The position numbers were made by a program, and so were the translations under genes. Source: Clostridiales bacterium UBA4821 (GTDB taxonomy: Bacteria; Bacillota; Clostridia; Acetivibrionales; UBA4821). Taken from it: DNA of 51,952 nucleotides. The notes beneath the pieces were generated by a model. It saw nothing but the letters and a program-made list of their open reading frames with translations. It made no database searches and was not told the origin of the DNA. The DNA lies in the NCBI GenBank assembly GCA_002402315.1, contig DHFP01000147.1, positions 1 to 51,952 on the forward strand, given 5' to 3'. Below, piece by piece: positions 18,819-28,049 of the stretch. Positions within the stretch are counted from its first letter, which is position 1, and each line of letters begins with the position of its first letter.

Positions 18819-18854
18819 AAAGGACTTTACCTGGATTGGTAAAGCCCTTATTTT
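18819..18854. terminator. Terminator after cheX
   Basis: AAGGACTTTACC-loop-GGTAAAGCCCTT stem. Confidence 0.6.
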
Positions 18855-18864
18855 AAAAACCTTT

Positions 18865-19326
18865 CTATAACTCAAGTCCAATGTTGACCTGCATTTCACC
18901 AGCTTCTGTCTCAACATTGATTGCCAGTGTTTTAACCGTACTGATCAATAAAAAAATGTCATCACCAATAATAAATGACGGTGTAGAAAAGTCTGTGAAA
19001 GTATCATCATTGGATAAGATCTTACAGCCTCTACCAGTAATCAAGTTTGAGAGTTCAGCAATTGCACTCCTTGCGTCTTCATCAATCTCCTCAACCGGCA
19101 TTCCCATCATCATTGCCGATACATACTTTTTGGCCGATTCTTCTGTAAATGAGTAAGATATATTACCCCTCACACTACCTGTAAGTCCTATTACAGAAGT
19201 AACATTCATATTTGCATACATATTATCCTTTAATTCCAGGCTGTTTATCTTTAAATCGGTTATACCGAAAGAGGGTAATACCGTGTATATCGCTTCTACA
19301 AATGAGTTAACATACTCTTCTTGCAT
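18865..19326 (-). CDS. cheX: CheX-family phosphatase
   Basis: SVIGLTG..RG and AIAELSNLITG (ExxN). Confidence 0.88.
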   Translation of the reverse strand: MQEEYVNSFVEAIYTVLPSFGITDLKINSLELKDNMYANMNVTSVIGLTGSVRGNISYSFTEESAKKYVSAMMMGMPVEEIDEDARSAIAELSNLITGRGCKILSNDDTFTDFSTPSFIIGDDIFLLISTVKTLAINVETEAGEMQVNIGLEL

Positions 19327-19797
19327 CTAATTTACCTCCCCTTCGAAAGCAACTATAATCCTGATTTCTCCATAAATAGTAGAACATATTACTGCCTTAG
19401 AAGGAATTTTATCAAGACATATCAAAGCATTTTTTCCTACGAATACATATGGAGGGACAAGTCTTAGACTTAAAGAATATTGATCATTCAAATAAGTAAT
19501 ACCATCTCCGGCAATAGTATTATTTAATTCACATATTGCCGCCAGGACTATAAATTCTTTTGCATCTTGAAAAGTTTTTCCTGTAATACTTTTTACCAGG
19601 TTTAACGCTGTGTCTTGACTCATATCAAGCAGCATTCTCCCTTTTAACCTTCCATTGTATGTAACTACTGACGAGATTCCTTTAGACTCGATTTCCTTGT
19701 CTTCCGGGTGGAATATTCCATCTGTTGATACTTCAATTTTGGCCATTTTCTTAAGGATTGCTTTTGCACTATTCAAGAAAGGACTATATATATCCAT
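19327..19797 (-). CDS. cheX: CheX-family phosphatase (second copy)
   Basis: G.LKGRMLLDM and AICELNNTIAG (ExxN). Confidence 0.82.
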   Translation of the reverse strand: MDIYSPFLNSAKAILKKMAKIEVSTDGIFHPEDKEIESKGISSVVTYNGRLKGRMLLDMSQDTALNLVKSITGKTFQDAKEFIVLAAICELNNTIAGDGITYLNDQYSLSLRLVPPYVFVGKNALICLDKIPSKAVICSTIYGEIRIIVAFEGEVN

Positions 19798-19844
19798 AAA
19801 AGCTGCTCCTTCATTTGTATTTTTAAGTTTAAAGCTTGCTTCTC

Positions 19845-20204
19845 TTATACAGAAGCTAATGCAGATAAAATATCATGATTATCTATAGGCTTTTTGAGAA
19901 CAATTGAAACCCCTATTTCCTTTAATTTGCTGGTAATCTCTTGATCACCCATGGCGCTCAGCATAATTATTTTTGCATCAGGTTTAATTTCCTTAATTAC
20001 CTTTGCAGCCTCCATCCCATCTATAATCGGCATATTGATATCCATAAAAACGATATCCGGCTGGAAGTCTATAAACATTTGAATTCCTTCCTTGCCATTC
20101 TTCGCAACACCGCATACCAAGCAGCCGCATTTCTCTATCAAGCTCTGCAGCATATCACGAATAATTACTGAATCATCAACTATTAATACTTTTCTCTTCT
20201 CCAT
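19845..20204 (-). CDS. Single-domain CheY-like response regulator
   Basis: VLIVDDS, FMDINMP.DG, MLSA, KKP. Confidence 0.88.
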   Translation of the reverse strand: MEKRKVLIVDDSVIIRDMLQSLIEKCGCLVCGVAKNGKEGIQMFIDFQPDIVFMDINMPIIDGMEAAKVIKEIKPDAKIIMLSAMGDQEITSKLKEIGVSIVLKKPIDNHDILSALASV

Positions 20205-20345
20205 ACGGCCTCCTTAAGAATAGGACAAATATATTAACATCTGTATTGGATTTTAACACTAGATCCAGATAAAATCACTATATCTGAATAAAATCTTTAA
20301 AAAAATTCAAAGGTAAATTTGCATTAAATTTATGAATTAATCATT

Positions 20346-22205
20346 TCAACCGTCAACCTTTATTACCATCTTCCCGATTTTTTTGATGTCATCATGCCGG
20401 TTCTTTCTTGTTGGTTCCAGATTAGTTTCAACCTCATCATCCATGGTACTCTGGTAACGGCGCTGAGCCGCCTCTCTATGAGCATAAATCTGCTCCTTTA
20501 ATTTAAGTTCCTCTTCTTTATAGACAATATCATCTTGTAGTCTTTGCAAGTCAATTTCTTTTCTCCGCAGCTCGGCTTCCCTTGATTCAAGGTCTTTCTC
20601 ATAGAAAGATAAATCCTTCTCTTTACTGGCTGATAATTGTTCCTTTTTACGTAATTCCTCTTGTTTGCGCAAGAAATCATCTTTATCTTTAAATTTTTCT
20701 TGTTTTTCCTGCAGCTCCCTTTCACGTTTTGCTGTCTCATCTTCTTTACTTTTCAACATTTTTCTTATGGCGTCTAACTCATGTTCACATTTTGATAGTT
20801 CTTCTTCCTTAGCGTGTATTCCAGCTTCCCTGGTATCAAGATCTTTCTCGTAGAAAGACAAATCTTTTGCCCTACTAGATAATAATACCTCTTTATTGCG
20901 TATTTCCTCTTCCTTTTTCAAGTCAGCTTGTTCTATGGCTTTCAATTTCTCTCCTAGAGGAATTAAGTTCTTTTCGCGTTTAGATAGTTCCTCTTCCTTA
21001 CGGCATATTTCCAGTTCTCTCTCTATATGCCGGTCTTCCTTCTCCATGAATTCCTTTTGATGTTTTCCAAAGTCTTCTAATTTCTGGCGTTCTTCGGCTT
21101 CTTTCTTAATAAATTCTTCTTCCCTGCCTTTAAGTTCTTGTTCTTTAAGGGTAAGACGGCTCTTCTCATGGTTAATAGCCTTTTCCCTTTCCAGAAAATT
21201 TTCTTCTTTACGCTGTAATTCTAACTGTTTCTGTTCAAAAGATGATTCCCTGCTTTTAAGCTCTTCTTCTTTAATATTAAGACTGTTTCGCTGTTTGGAA
21301 ATTTCATCTTCCTTCTTAGTAATTACCTCTTCTCTTGCATTAAGAGCTTCTTCCTTGGAGAGTAGCTCTTTTTCCTGTTTTGAGAATTCTTCTAAAATTG
21401 CATGAGCTTCTGTTACTTTTTTCTCAAAATCCTTTTCTCTGCTTTTAATTTTTTCTTCCCAGCAGACAAGGCCTTTTTCCGTATTATAAAAGTCTGATTC
21501 TTTCTTACTTATTTCTGCCTCCCTTTTTAATAATTCGGCTTCTCTATTTTTAAGTTCGGCTTCCATTAATTTTAGTTCTGCTGCCTTACCAAACAAGTCC
21601 TTTGCACGTTCATACAAATCATTTTCCTGATTAGAAGGAATGGATTCTTTTTGAGATATTTCTTTTTCTCTATGAAGCAATTCCTTTTCTTTTTCTGCAA
21701 ATCTCAGTTCGATAGCATTTACTGATTCTTCTCTTTTTAAGAGTTCGGCCTCTCTGTTTTTGAGTTTCTCTTCTATACCGGCCAATTCTCTTCCTGTTTT
21801 ACTGGAATCAAACTCCATAACCGGTTTCTGAATATGGTCAACCGCAAGCTGATTTTCCTCCCTTTCCAGAAAATCAGCTTCTCTTCTTCTAATATCTTCT
21901 TCTAGAAATAGTAGTTCTGCTTCCTTACGTTTTAGTTCTTCTTCCTTAAACCTGAATTCATCATCTCTATTATGTGGCTTTTCATTTGTCATATTCGCCT
22001 GATGTTGAATGGAATCAAATACCTCTACTTCAACCTCTTCTGTTTTTGAAACAGGCGATGAGTCCATAGGGGCATCATTCGTCTGCCTGTTATTATGCCT
22101 GCTAACCGGTTTAGAACTATCTCTTTTTATAAGCTCCTTTATTTCCTTAGGAGCGTCTTGTGCATTTTTCTTTTTACTGTTTAAAAAGTTAATCATTTTC
22201 CTCAC
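20346..22205 (-). CDS. Long E/K/R-rich repetitive coiled-coil protein
   Basis: About 500 aa of (K/R)E-x-(E/D)-(L/I/F) repeats; no TM helix or signal peptide; the start may be ATG 22196. Confidence 0.8.
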   Translation of the reverse strand: MRKMINFLNSKKKNAQDAPKEIKELIKRDSSKPVSRHNNRQTNDAPMDSSPVSKTEEVEVEVFDSIQHQANMTNEKPHNRDDEFRFKEEELKRKEAELLFLEEDIRRREADFLEREENQLAVDHIQKPVMEFDSSKTGRELAGIEEKLKNREAELLKREESVNAIELRFAEKEKELLHREKEISQKESIPSNQENDLYERAKDLFGKAAELKLMEAELKNREAELLKREAEISKKESDFYNTEKGLVCWEEKIKSREKDFEKKVTEAHAILEEFSKQEKELLSKEEALNAREEVITKKEDEISKQRNSLNIKEEELKSRESSFEQKQLELQRKEENFLEREKAINHEKSRLTLKEQELKGREEEFIKKEAEERQKLEDFGKHQKEFMEKEDRHIERELEICRKEEELSKREKNLIPLGEKLKAIEQADLKKEEEIRNKEVLLSSRAKDLSFYEKDLDTREAGIHAKEEELSKCEHELDAIRKMLKSKEDETAKRERELQEKQEKFKDKDDFLRKQEELRKKEQLSASKEKDLSFYEKDLESREAELRRKEIDLQRLQDDIVYKEEELKLKEQIYAHREAAQRRYQSTMDDEVETNLEPTRKNRHDDIKKIGKMVIKVDG

Positions 22206-22434
22206 CCGAATCTTTTGTCATAATGTATTGCTTTCAGTTAATAGGGCGGCTCTTTCGACTCAATCTGGTTCTATATATTATCCTTACCCAAGAAATAATC
22301 CTGATTATTGCTTCCAAACTTGATATATATATATCTAATTCTATTATAATACATTTTGAACCTAAATTGTACCCCCTTGTTTGTTTTTCCCAAAATCACA
22401 TATAAGGTAATAACAGTCTATCCTTTATCCTATT

Positions 22435-22461
22435 AAAAAATCCAGTGAATTTCACTGGATT
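22435..22461 (-). terminator. Orphan terminator
   Basis: AATCCAGTGAA-A-TTCACTGGATT followed by TTTT on the minus strand. Confidence 0.6.
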
Positions 22462-22664
22462 AAATGTTTTAGATAGTGAAGTTTCTATGTTTATCCAAGT
22501 ATCATTTACAGATTCCCGGGCATTTAGGAACCTCATCGTTTTAGGTTCTCAAGGCATCCTAATTTTTATGCAAGTATAGACAGTATTCTTTCTAATTTGA
22601 AAAAATTTCTTTTGAAAAATTATTGAAAAGTTATAAAATATTAATAAAAAATGGAGAGAATCAA

Positions 22665-23870
22665 ATGCTGGATAATTTTTTAGACAAATATAATGTCATC
22701 ACACTCATTTTAGCCGCAGTCCTATTGGCACCCATAATTATTGGTTTATTCAGGAAGGTTACAAAAGTATCCATATGGATTTCTTTAATTTCGTTATTAA
22801 GGGTTGCAGGATTCTTATTGAGCATAGCAGTTTCATTTTTCCTGACCAAGAAACTTTTCTTTGAGAGTCAAATTCCCTTTTTTCTTAATCTAAAGGACTA
22901 CATTACGCAAAACTTTAAGGACACAGTAAATCCGGAAATAATTGTTTACCTCATAGCAGCCCCGGTTATTTTCATATTTGTTACTTTATTATTTAAACTT
23001 CTAACTCTAAAGGTTGAAACCAGACTTTTTGATGTACTTTCGGGAAAACTGTTTGAGATATTTGATTCTTTATGGCAGCCCTTGAAAATATTTATTAAAG
23101 CTATATTTCAGATTCCCAAAGCCGTATTTAATACTATATTTGTTTGTCTGATGCTATCGCTGTTCAGCATCTACCTTTCATCGCCAACCATTTCAGAGCA
23201 GCTGGAGGAGTCACGGATTTATAAAGCTGTGGACCAATATGCAATTCAACCCTTAATAAACTCCAGCTACGCGCAAAAGCTTCCGGTTCTTTTCAACCAG
23301 TCTATGGCGCAGCTGGATGAATCCCAACTGCCGGAGGTATTTCAGGAAGATGGATCCCTGCCTGAGAAGCTTATCAGCGGAACCCGGATCATATGGTATT
23401 TTAATGGTGTTACCTTGGAAGATGCTGTGAAGTCAAATAGTGAAATTGATGCCTTTACAGTCGAACTTATAAAATCAGAAACAAGCAGCCGGAAAAAAGC
23501 CAGGATTATTTATAAGTGGATTGGTTCTCATATAAAATATGACTTCGAAAAGGCTGAAAAGGTTAGTAATAATATTGGTGACACCTCATCAGGGGCTATA
23601 CAGGCATTCAACACCCGCAAAGGTATCTGCTTTGACTCTTCAGCTCTTTATGTAACTATGTGCAAAGCTGTTGGATTAAAAACCAGGCTGGTAGTAGGCA
23701 TGGGGTTTAATGGTCTGGCATGGGGTGAGCATGCATGGAACCAGGTGTATATACCTGAGGAAGATAAGTGGATAAACGTTGATACAACCTTCGCTGTTGG
23801 CGGGAACTACTTTGACAGGCCGAATTTCGAAGCTGACCACAGGGCAGCCAGGACAGCCGGAGAATGGTAG
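22665..23870 (+). CDS. Membrane-anchored transglutaminase-like domain protein
   Basis: N-terminal TM helices; GICFD, HAWNQV and W..VDTT give the Cys-His-Asp triad; GGAG RBS before ATG 22665. Confidence 0.85.
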   Translation: MLDNFLDKYNVITLILAAVLLAPIIIGLFRKVTKVSIWISLISLLRVAGFLLSIAVSFFLTKKLFFESQIPFFLNLKDYITQNFKDTVNPEIIVYLIAAPVIFIFVTLLFKLLTLKVETRLFDVLSGKLFEIFDSLWQPLKIFIKAIFQIPKAVFNTIFVCLMLSLFSIYLSSPTISEQLEESRIYKAVDQYAIQPLINSSYAQKLPVLFNQSMAQLDESQLPEVFQEDGSLPEKLISGTRIIWYFNGVTLEDAVKSNSEIDAFTVELIKSETSSRKKARIIYKWIGSHIKYDFEKAEKVSNNIGDTSSGAIQAFNTRKGICFDSSALYVTMCKAVGLKTRLVVGMGFNGLAWGEHAWNQVYIPEEDKWINVDTTFAVGGNYFDRPNFEADHRAARTAGEW

Positions 23871-23904
23871 AAATGTAGGGGCGACCCGACAGACCCCTAC
23901 ATTT
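23871..23904. terminator. Bidirectional terminator / GTAG-type REP-like hairpin
   Basis: AAATGTAGGGG...CCCCTACATTT between convergent genes. Confidence 0.65.
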
Positions 23905-24956
23905 TAACCAACCGGAGCAAAAAAGAATGCTACCGCCAAAATAACATACACACCCATCAACTGCACCCCTTCAAGCCAGTGACTCTCTCCATCCTGAGAA
24001 ATGATATTGGCAATTAGAACTGCTGCCCCTATACCCGCTAACTCAAACGGATGGAATATTAGACTCATGGGCTTTCCTAAAATCAAACTGATAAACACTA
24101 GCGCCGGCGCTACAAATAATGCAATCTGCAAACTCGAACCTATAGCTATTTCTACCGCAACATCCATCTTATTCTTAACTGCCATTAGAATTGCTGATGA
24201 ATGCTCTGCGGCATTACCGATAATAGCCAGTATTATAATACCAATGAACATTTCATTCCATCCAAAGGATTTCGCTACACCTTCTATTGAGCCAACCAGA
24301 AACTCACTCTCAAAAGCTACTGCAACTGTTGCCGCAAGCAAGACCAGCAGTGACTTTTTCTTGCCCCACTTTGCTTCATGTTCTTCACAATGCTCGCCAC
24401 ATACCATATCCTTATGAGTGAAAAATGAAAATACCAAACCAAGCAAGTATATAAAAATCATTATTCCAGCATTTGCAATGCTAAGACCTTCAAAGTTCAA
24501 TTCCTGGGCCGGACCAATGCTTTGTAAAAAGATTGCCGGAATAGCCAGGCCGATAACCGCAAACAAGAGCAAGGTTGCACTATTCACTGAAGCTTTTTGA
24601 TTAAATGTCTGCAGCTTGTGCTTTAATCCTCCGAAAAACATGCTGGCGCCAAGTACAAGAAGTACGTTGCCTATAATCGAACCGGCTATTGATGCTTTAG
24701 CAATTTCAGCATGGCCGGCCTTTATTGCAAATATAGCAATTATCATTTCTGTTGCATTTCCGAACGTAGCATTCAAAAAACCGCCTATTCTTGGTCCGGT
24801 ATGTATTGCAATATTTTCAGTTGCCTCCCCCATTAACCCTGCAAGCGGAATTATTGCGAGACAGGACGTAAGGAAGATTAATGCATGGTTGCCATGGGAA
24901 TATTCTAAGAAGATGCTTATCGGCACAAAAATTAAAAGATATTTTAAGTATTTCAT
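23904..24956 (-). CDS. cax: Ca2+/H+ antiporter (CaCA family)
   Basis: Alpha repeats NATFGNATE and IIGNAAEH; AIGSSLQIALFV. Confidence 0.92.
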   Translation of the reverse strand: MKYLKYLLIFVPISIFLEYSHGNHALIFLTSCLAIIPLAGLMGEATENIAIHTGPRIGGFLNATFGNATEMIIAIFAIKAGHAEIAKASIAGSIIGNVLLVLGASMFFGGLKHKLQTFNQKASVNSATLLLFAVIGLAIPAIFLQSIGPAQELNFEGLSIANAGIMIFIYLLGLVFSFFTHKDMVCGEHCEEHEAKWGKKKSLLVLLAATVAVAFESEFLVGSIEGVAKSFGWNEMFIGIIILAIIGNAAEHSSAILMAVKNKMDVAVEIAIGSSLQIALFVAPALVFISLILGKPMSLIFHPFELAGIGAAVLIANIISQDGESHWLEGVQLMGVYVILAVAFFFAPVG

Positions 24957-25150
24957 TCAGACACCCCTTTGATATACATAATATGGTAATTGTAATTCTT
25001 TTCAGCTAGTATTAAATTATACATTTGATAGATATAATTTTCAATATATCAAAATCTCCAATTTTTTGGGCCTAAGAAAGAATAAATTTACCCTTATCCA
25101 TAATTTGCCGGATATTAATAATAATATTTCCATTTAATTACTCTAAAGGT

Positions 25151-26564
25151 TGACCATCCCCCAAAAATCAAATCAAGAAACCATGTAAGTACTGATATAA
25201 CTTAAGTTGAACAAACTTAATTGATGTGATTTAGGCAACTTTTTAGAAAGAGGAAGAAAACCGATGATACCGGTTTTAGTCTTGTTCAAAGTAACATAGA
25301 TGCCATCTGCAAGGCTATAATAAGGCAAGGGTGGAATTTTATGAATTCTTTTTGATAGATCCTTGAGAATAAAGACAATTTGAGAATTATCATAAGACTT
25401 AGAAAGCAAAGCGATATAGCCTATGGCCATAGTAAGAAGCAGGTTCATATTAATCAGACGGTTATAGGTTTGAACTCTGATATCTTCTAGTTTAAACTGA
25501 TTCTTCTTAAAACGTATGAACTCTTCAACATTCCACCTAGCGATATAAGAAAGAATAGGTTTTAGACATTCCTTACCATTGGTAATAGACATATTGGTAA
25601 GAATCATTAAAGTACTGCGGGAATATCCTCTTACAAATACGAGATTAAATATTTGTCCGGGCAATTCTGGTAGTTGTACAGGAATAAGTCCATACTGTAT
25701 TTTTCTTGATTTACCGTTTTTCTTTTTAATAATGACCGAGTATTTACCCTTGTATTTTTTAACAAGCTCAACAATGTTAATCACTTTATCGTTAACAATA
25801 AGATTTCTGTTCTTTTTTAATCGAATAGCAAAAGAGAGCTTGCTTTTATTGAGTTCATTAAAAAACAAAATGTTATCCATGCCTCTATCCATGGTATAAA
25901 TACCGTTTGAACCATAGAAAGACTTTAAGTTTCTGATGCATTCAAGTACTTCTTCATTTTCGCTTATGAAACTTGGTTCTGTCTGAGAAAACAGCTTGGA
26001 ATATAAAGGGACTGGAAGTTTATCATTATGATTTACAAACAAAGCTTCAACTAGAAAATATCCATCAACATTTGTCTGACCAGTGCTTCCATCACGAACT
26101 TTGCCGAGGTTTTCAGAGGCAACAGTATACTTTTTAGAGATATCGCTTGTATCAATAATAGGGGTATCAAAACAGATATATTTTCGGGTAATATTTGAAT
26201 AATTCTTCAAAAGAGTTTTCCTTTGGTTAAAGCTTTGAAGATTACGGGAGAGCCTTTCATGGGTTTTCTTTAAAGAAATATCTTCATGGAGATTTCTAGA
26301 AATTTCAGATATGAGGACTGAATTTGAAGCCAAAATACCGTAAATCATGCAATCAATGAACTTTTTTAGAGGGCGAGAAAAACCGGAAGATAGCTTTGAA
26401 GAAAAACTCAAAATACTTCTTTTCATTTGATATGCAAATTTGCTATAATCGAACATGCAGAAAGCCTCCTTTTTCTTATGTTTTATTGGTTTTGGTCAAA
26501 TTCACAATAACATGAAAAAGAGGCTTTTTGAAGTTGATAACTAAATTTTTCAGGGGATTACTTG
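25151..26564 (-). mobile_element. Insertion sequence, IS4-like; ends approximate
   Basis: Single transposase ORF; imperfect terminal IRs ATCCCCCAAAAAT / ATTTTTCAGGGGAT; no clear target duplication. Confidence 0.6.
25173..26456 (-). CDS. DDE transposase (IS4 superfamily)
   Basis: IIDTSD, MDRGMD and Y..RWNVEE.IRF.K (YREK) motifs. Confidence 0.88.
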   Translation of the reverse strand: MFDYSKFAYQMKRSILSFSSKLSSGFSRPLKKFIDCMIYGILASNSVLISEISRNLHEDISLKKTHERLSRNLQSFNQRKTLLKNYSNITRKYICFDTPIIDTSDISKKYTVASENLGKVRDGSTGQTNVDGYFLVEALFVNHNDKLPVPLYSKLFSQTEPSFISENEEVLECIRNLKSFYGSNGIYTMDRGMDNILFFNELNKSKLSFAIRLKKNRNLIVNDKVINIVELVKKYKGKYSVIIKKKNGKSRKIQYGLIPVQLPELPGQIFNLVFVRGYSRSTLMILTNMSITNGKECLKPILSYIARWNVEEFIRFKKNQFKLEDIRVQTYNRLINMNLLLTMAIGYIALLSKSYDNSQIVFILKDLSKRIHKIPPLPYYSLADGIYVTLNKTKTGIIGFLPLSKKLPKSHQLSLFNLSYISTYMVS

Positions 26565-26583
26565 GCAAAAACTCATTGCTCTT

Positions 26584-26925
26584 GTGAATAAACTTACAAA
26601 AAAGAAACCCAAAAGAAAAAATGGGAGAGATGACTTTCCGGTCAGGGCTATGTGGAATTCAGTTTTAGCTGGAATAGTATTTCAACATATATCAGCAGAG
26701 AGCTTACGCAGAGAACTGTCTAGGAATGCTCAACTAAGGTACATGTGTGGATTTTATGGAATAGGAAAAAAGGCAATTCCTGCTGAATGGGTATATACAA
26801 GATTTTTAAAGAAGCTAATAAAACACTTAGAAGAAATTGAAGAAATGTTTAAAGTTCTTGTAGAAGAATTAAGAATAGAAAGTCTTAAGAATCCGAGGTT
26901 TGTAACTGGAAATTATCTGACTTAA
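26584..26925 (+). pseudogene. Truncated transposase N-terminal fragment (DUF772-like, IS5/IS1182-type)
   Basis: GRDDFPVRAMWNS...SLRRELSRNAQLRYMCGF...YTRFLKKL; no DDE domain follows. Confidence 0.75.
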
Positions 26926-26960
26926 ACCTCACAAAAATTATTATACGAGGAGGCGGGAAT

Positions 26961-27293
26961 ATGGTACAGGAGAAAAATATAACTAAGCGAGAAAAATCAT
27001 TATTTCGGGAAAAAGAAAAACCTCAGTCTTTTCGGGACAAGGAAAGGCGCCCCACTATAAAGGAAATTGAAGAACAAGATTTTGTTGAAGCAGGACAAAG
27101 TAATGATCTTACCATTTATGCAAAAAGGTTAGACAGTATGCTTCTCATGTATATAATCAAGGATGGAATAATACTTAATAACCAGGATCCAATAGCAGTT
27201 TCTGAAGAATTTGTCTTTCTAAGTTCGGAAACTCTAGCGATACTAAAAAAATTGAGCAGAAAAAGAATATGGAAAGTGGAAAAGCAAATATAG
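26961..27293 (+). CDS. Hypothetical protein
   Basis: Strong GAGGAGG RBS, 110 aa, followed by a terminator. Confidence 0.6.
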   Translation: MVQEKNITKREKSLFREKEKPQSFRDKERRPTIKEIEEQDFVEAGQSNDLTIYAKRLDSMLLMYIIKDGIILNNQDPIAVSEEFVFLSSETLAILKKLSRKRIWKVEKQI

Positions 27294-27296
27294 CAT

Positions 27297-27345
27297 AAAA
27301 AATAAGCTCCCCTTAGTATACCTTTACTAAAGGGAGCCTTTTTTT
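27297..27345. terminator. Bidirectional terminator
   Basis: A-run, GCTCCC..TAGTA...TACTA..GGGAGC, T-run, between convergent genes. Confidence 0.7.
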
Positions 27346-27404
27346 GTCAGAATGAGTTAATTCTTCTTAACTTCATTCGTTGGTGCTGGAGTTGTAGCTG
27401 CGGG

Positions 27405-27989
27405 CTAATTATTAGTTTCGGGAGCATTTGCTTTACTGTTCAAATCATCCCAAACGAAAGGATCTCCTGATTCTTGATATTTTTCTGTTTTGTAGCCTTC
27501 TTTCATCCATCCGTTATTCCATCCGCCGTTCATCCCCCAAGCATCATAGCCTAATAGTCTGAGGGTTACAGCAACCTGCATACCAGCCTGACCAGTCCAG
27601 CAGTGGGTAATAATCATTTTATCCTTAGGAAGCTTGTCTATATTTTTTCCAACCTCGTGCCAAAAGCAGTGAACTGCTCCGGGTACTTTATTCCTGTCTC
27701 CTTTGAGGTCACGAATATCAAGAATAAAAATGCTGTTTGGATCTTGTTCAATCTTAGCTAAAACGTCTTTAGGGTCTATTCTGTTATTTACCTGTGGTAA
27801 TGCTGCATAGTACTCATTAATTTTTTCTCTTACTGCAGTCTTTTTTGCCTCTTCCTGAATCTGCATCTTTACTTTGGCCGGCACTTGATCTACAGAAGTA
27901 ATTTCTGTCTGGTTTGCAGCAGGTGCACTACATCCATATACAAGCACCCCTACTATAAAAATTAGGATTAATGCTAGAGTTTTTTTCAT
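27405..27989 (-). CDS. Rhodanese-like lipoprotein
   Basis: Lipobox VYGC; FILDIR, VPGA, active loop HCWTGQ, MNGGW. Confidence 0.85.
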   Translation of the reverse strand: MKKTLALILIFIVGVLVYGCSAPAANQTEITSVDQVPAKVKMQIQEEAKKTAVREKINEYYAALPQVNNRIDPKDVLAKIEQDPNSIFILDIRDLKGDRNKVPGAVHCFWHEVGKNIDKLPKDKMIITHCWTGQAGMQVAVTLRLLGYDAWGMNGGWNNGWMKEGYKTEKYQESGDPFVWDDLNSKANAPETNN

Positions 27990-28049
27990 CCTTTTACCTC
28001 CTAAGTTTATTTTTATCTAAAGCCTAATGGCTTTTGACCAAATGAATTA

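Noticed and set aside
20346-22205. SMC or chromosome-segregation ATPase call for the coiled-coil protein
   Set aside because: No Walker motifs or hinge; any similarity would be compositional
22225-22280. c-di-GMP riboswitch upstream of the coiled-coil/Che cluster
   Set aside because: A GAAA is present but the conserved GGCAAA/GACGCAAA elements and P1 pairing are absent
22223-22405. 60-aa plus-strand ORF, also 30022-30207, 34616-34987 and 36157-36417
   Set aside because: AT-rich or overlapping real genes, with no RBS or motifs
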